A stretch of DNA of 64,000 nucleotides. It comes from Phoronis australis (lineage: Eukaryota > Animalia > Phoronida). The notes below the pieces were generated by a model. That model worked only from the letters and a program-made list of their open reading frames with translations, was not told the origin of the DNA and did not search any database. The position numbers were made by a program, and so were the translations under genes. Of the stretch, positions 60,351 to 64,000 are shown one piece after another. Numbering within the stretch: position 1 is the first letter of the stretch; every line of letters begins with the position of its first letter. The stretch is from NCBI GenBank assembly GCA_002633005.1, contig NMRA01000127.1:504438-568437 (forward strand), read 5' to 3'.

Positions 60351-63300
60351 AACTTCAAAGTAAACAATTGGATTTAACAGCAAAGCAACAACGAAGCGTC
60401 GACGATTCACTACAATAGGAACACTTAACTTCAAGGCCACCAGTTATTGGCAGAAGTCGCTGCCTGCGTTTGGCAACAGCGAGTGGTAACTGGTTACTAT
60501 TTGTTGATATTTGTTCCAGTAATTATTATTTTGGTGACATATAAGCATTCTGTTTCAAATTTGCTGAATTCTTTACATTAAAAAATCACTGAACATTAAG
60601 TTCTCGCCACGCCATACTGCCTTTGTTTGGAACAGTTGCTAGCCTGCTCAAGAGTCAAATTTCTTAATAAGTCATTTTCTACTACATTTTCATCATCCCA
60701 ACATGACTTTGACATTCTATTTTCCATCTGGGGAGAGGGAGGGGTCTTTGCCATTTTTGATCGAAAGCACTCTCAAAAAAGGTTATATTAGTGCAACCTT
60801 GCGAAAACTTCACTGAGCTAGAACTCCGAAGCTGATGGGAACACTATGATTAATTTCGCTGTTAACCATAGTTAACCATAGTTAACAACGAAGCTTCAGT
60901 AGTAGTGAAGTATGGGCTTGATGGCGCGGTCACAGACTGAAGTGAGCTTGTCACTATTAGGCTTGGCTGAACGTGTATTGTGGTCCTAAATGACAGTGCC
61001 TGTTTACCATAGGAGTTTAAAAGTAAAAAACGAACAATAAGTAAGGCATACAACCAACATGACTATTTTAAAAACTGAAAATTAAATAACATCCGTCTTT
61101 GAATTTTTAAAACCGATGCATTATAACAGAAATTAGCAAATAGGTCTTCATCAACATCAAGACTAAGCCACGAGTATTAATTTGTGAATGGATTAGGACA
61201 GGTTAGTGACAGCCTGGCTTAGGCTCGCTCAGGCATCAGGATACCAAAATCCCAACTGTTAGCGTAGGATTTGTTTCATGTGGATTTTAGAATGAAAGAC
61301 TCTTACCATGTATACCAAGGCAATACACAACATTCATGTAGGCCTAAACATTACTGAAACAGATTACAAATATTGGCTTTGATCTACAACAGCTTTAAAT
61401 GAAAGAATGAGTTATTGCCATTCTCTATAATGGTTATTTCAGTTTCAGAGTCAAGGACACGTTTAAAGAAGCTGGTTACTCAACTCATTCCTTAATTATG
61501 CTAACTAATTAAAGTTCACAGCATGAAGCTGACAACTTATTAAAACTCGTTGGTCAAAAGCCAAAAACCAAAGTATGACATATGAAGATAACCTGATGAG
61601 AGGTCTAGCTTATTGCATACAGTGAATAGTGATAAATTGTTTTCCAGAGTGAGACCCTTCACATATTGTGGAGCCCTAACATAAGTCTGTTATAGCTAGG
61701 AATGCAGCCAACCTCAGATCCTTTTCTCTGGTGGCAGCAAATATATTTCGATGTTTGGTCTGTATTTTAAGTCATCCTTTACTTTTAATTAGTTCTGAAG
61801 ACAACACGGTCTCTCATGCACAAGAATTCTAACTGACATATATTTTTACAATCTCGGTAAAAAATATTTCAGTTCCAACAAGAAAAGGAAAAGGCTCTTC
61901 TATTCTGCCGTGCGTCTTATACTCTGTGTACTCGCTGTCGAAGCCACTAAAAACGGACAAAATATTCACTCATGTTTGAAGTCAGTGATGTCTTGATCAA
62001 CCTAACATGACGTTATGAACAGCATTACAGCATGTAATGCAAAATTAATACTCTGTTTATTTCCTTTTGTTTAACCATGGAGCTTTACGCCTCCATTATG
62101 GGGCCGAGCATCGGTCAATTCCTAGATGAAAAAATATTAAAAAGTACTGCTCAATTCCCGTCATCAGGACCAAGAATTCCCCTTCAAAACCAATGGTTAA
62201 AAGAAATTTCTCAAGATTTGAATCATTTCTGCAAAATCTTAGTTTTGGATCCTGGTAGCGATGGGGGATGGGAAATTTTCCCCTCAGCCAAATCTACCCT
62301 CTCAGAAGGCACAGGGTTGTTAGCACTGAGCAAGAACAATGTTTGGGGTGAATATTATTGACTGTTTGTTTGTTTTTTATTTCATGACCTGCGTCAATAT
62401 TTATCTTTTATGATTAACAGAGCAAACAATGTCTCATAAACACATGATGAACATGCAGCTAATAAAGCCAGATGACATAATGGATTAAATGAAATGAAGA
62501 ATGGTTAAATTGAAAACATTAACCACATGACTTAGTAGTGAGGTAGAGTCAGATGATGATATAGACATACCTTTCAGGCTAAATGTAGGACCAGCCTCTG
62601 TGCATACAAGCAAATATTAACAAAAGTGTATAATATAGCTCAAGAAGAGTATTTATTTTTTGAAATCAGAAAGTTTGTAGAATTTTGTCGTTGTGGTAGA
62701 CATCCCATGTCGCCACGATGTCGCCACGCCACATCCAAACACGTACCCAAAATGCTACAGGAAGCAAACAGGAATTGAACGTCAAAAATCACAGTGGCCC
62801 AATCATATCTGTCTGTCGCAAATTGGACACCGGGACACTCCTAATTTCTGCTCAAGCAAAAACCAAACAAAAACACCATTCAGCAGGTATTTGCGACTCC
62901 TGCCAATGAGATTTGGCAACCACAATTACTGCTTGGCAGCCAGGGAATTTTACCAGGTAAAATTTGGGGAGTTAACGTTAGACTAAGCATTGAGCCATGA
63001 ACCAGAATGTCACCTTACCCGTAACAAATATCCTATTTAAGCATAACAATCCAGCAAATCCCATGCTCACATATAGCAAAACAATTTTATGGAATAAAGT
63101 AGTCACACTGCTTTGCACATTAATGCACCATCGCTGTTTGGTACCAAAACACTTCAACGTACCCATTTACAATGCCTTTGGGAGCAGCAACCTTCCAACT
63201 CTTGCAGACTCGAACATCAGACTGAATCAGCACTTGATACCAAAACAGAATTCCAATAAACCAAGCATGTAACAATGTTATTGATCCGAATGGACAAATG

Positions 63301-64000
63301 TTCAATTTTCCAGAATCTGAAGCCAGTGACTGACTGTACTTTATCAAAAACATTCAATCTAGTCTCACGCAATTCAATAGTTTGCGTCCAGGGGCTTGAT
63401 TCACTACTGAATGGATTCCTGGCAGTCACAAAGTCGCAAAAGATACACTGTCAATAATTTATGGACTTCAGATTTCATGAATATTCTGGATGGATGAATA
63501 CAAGATTTGGTTAAACACACAAGAGTGTTGCCTGGGGAGCTCTACTCTCACGAACAGTGTGTTATATTTGCCGATAATCCAAAGATGAATATGCACTCGC
63601 GGGGGAGATCCAGAATCAAAGACCATCACCAATGAAAGTAAAAAATATAACTTTAAGATTAAATAAACAGACCTGGCCACTGGTGGAGAAATTCAAGGAA
63701 ACTAGGATACAAAATGAACCACAAAATTAAAATTTTACAGATAAAAAGCGCATTTAACCTGACTAAAACGAAATTCGAATAAGGCCTTTTACTGTCTGTT
63801 TCATAACATTCTTTACTAATATAAGATCTTATTTCGATGCATGTGCCATGTTTTGTTGGCAATGGAAAGAGAATCCTATTGTGGTAAGGAATATTTTGAG
63901 ACAGATTTGATGTGAAAAAGTACTTATTTGAATTTCATTTTTAGCCAGATAAACAGGGTGAAATGCAATTTTAAATATGTTAAAATCAAAGAGCAACACA

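Noticed and set aside
56717-63976. Shared 22-mer cagggtgaaatgcaaytttaaa at 56717 and 63954
   Set aside because: Same orientation and short; probably two ends of a dispersed repeat rather than the boundaries of one element.

Overview
This is AT-rich eukaryotic (invertebrate-like metazoan) genomic DNA carrying two convergent multi-exon genes. On + is a ZMIZ1/2 (Zimp/tonalli) SP-RING co-activator with 14 reconstructable coding exons from 10679 to the stop at 34460. I could not find its N-terminal exons, which probably lie upstream of the window. On - is RAP1GDS1 (SmgGDS), with 14 coding exons from 56477 to the stop at 40774; its tiny first exon is not securely located. The two ~3 kb 3' UTRs meet at about 37.3 kb. 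The introns hold a 5'-truncated, decayed L1/Tx1-type LINE with a 14-bp TSD, a Harbinger-type MITE, hAT-like MITE fragments and minisatellites. Three ~0.5-0.6 kb tandem near-duplicates each flank a single N and are most likely uncollapsed haplotypes. I see no convincing wholly new system. The best leads are splicing-level: an 18-nt ZMIZ microexon candidate, an all-phase-1 cassette architecture with AG|GT re-splicing junctions in RAP1GDS1, and an allele-specific MITE next to a splice acceptor.
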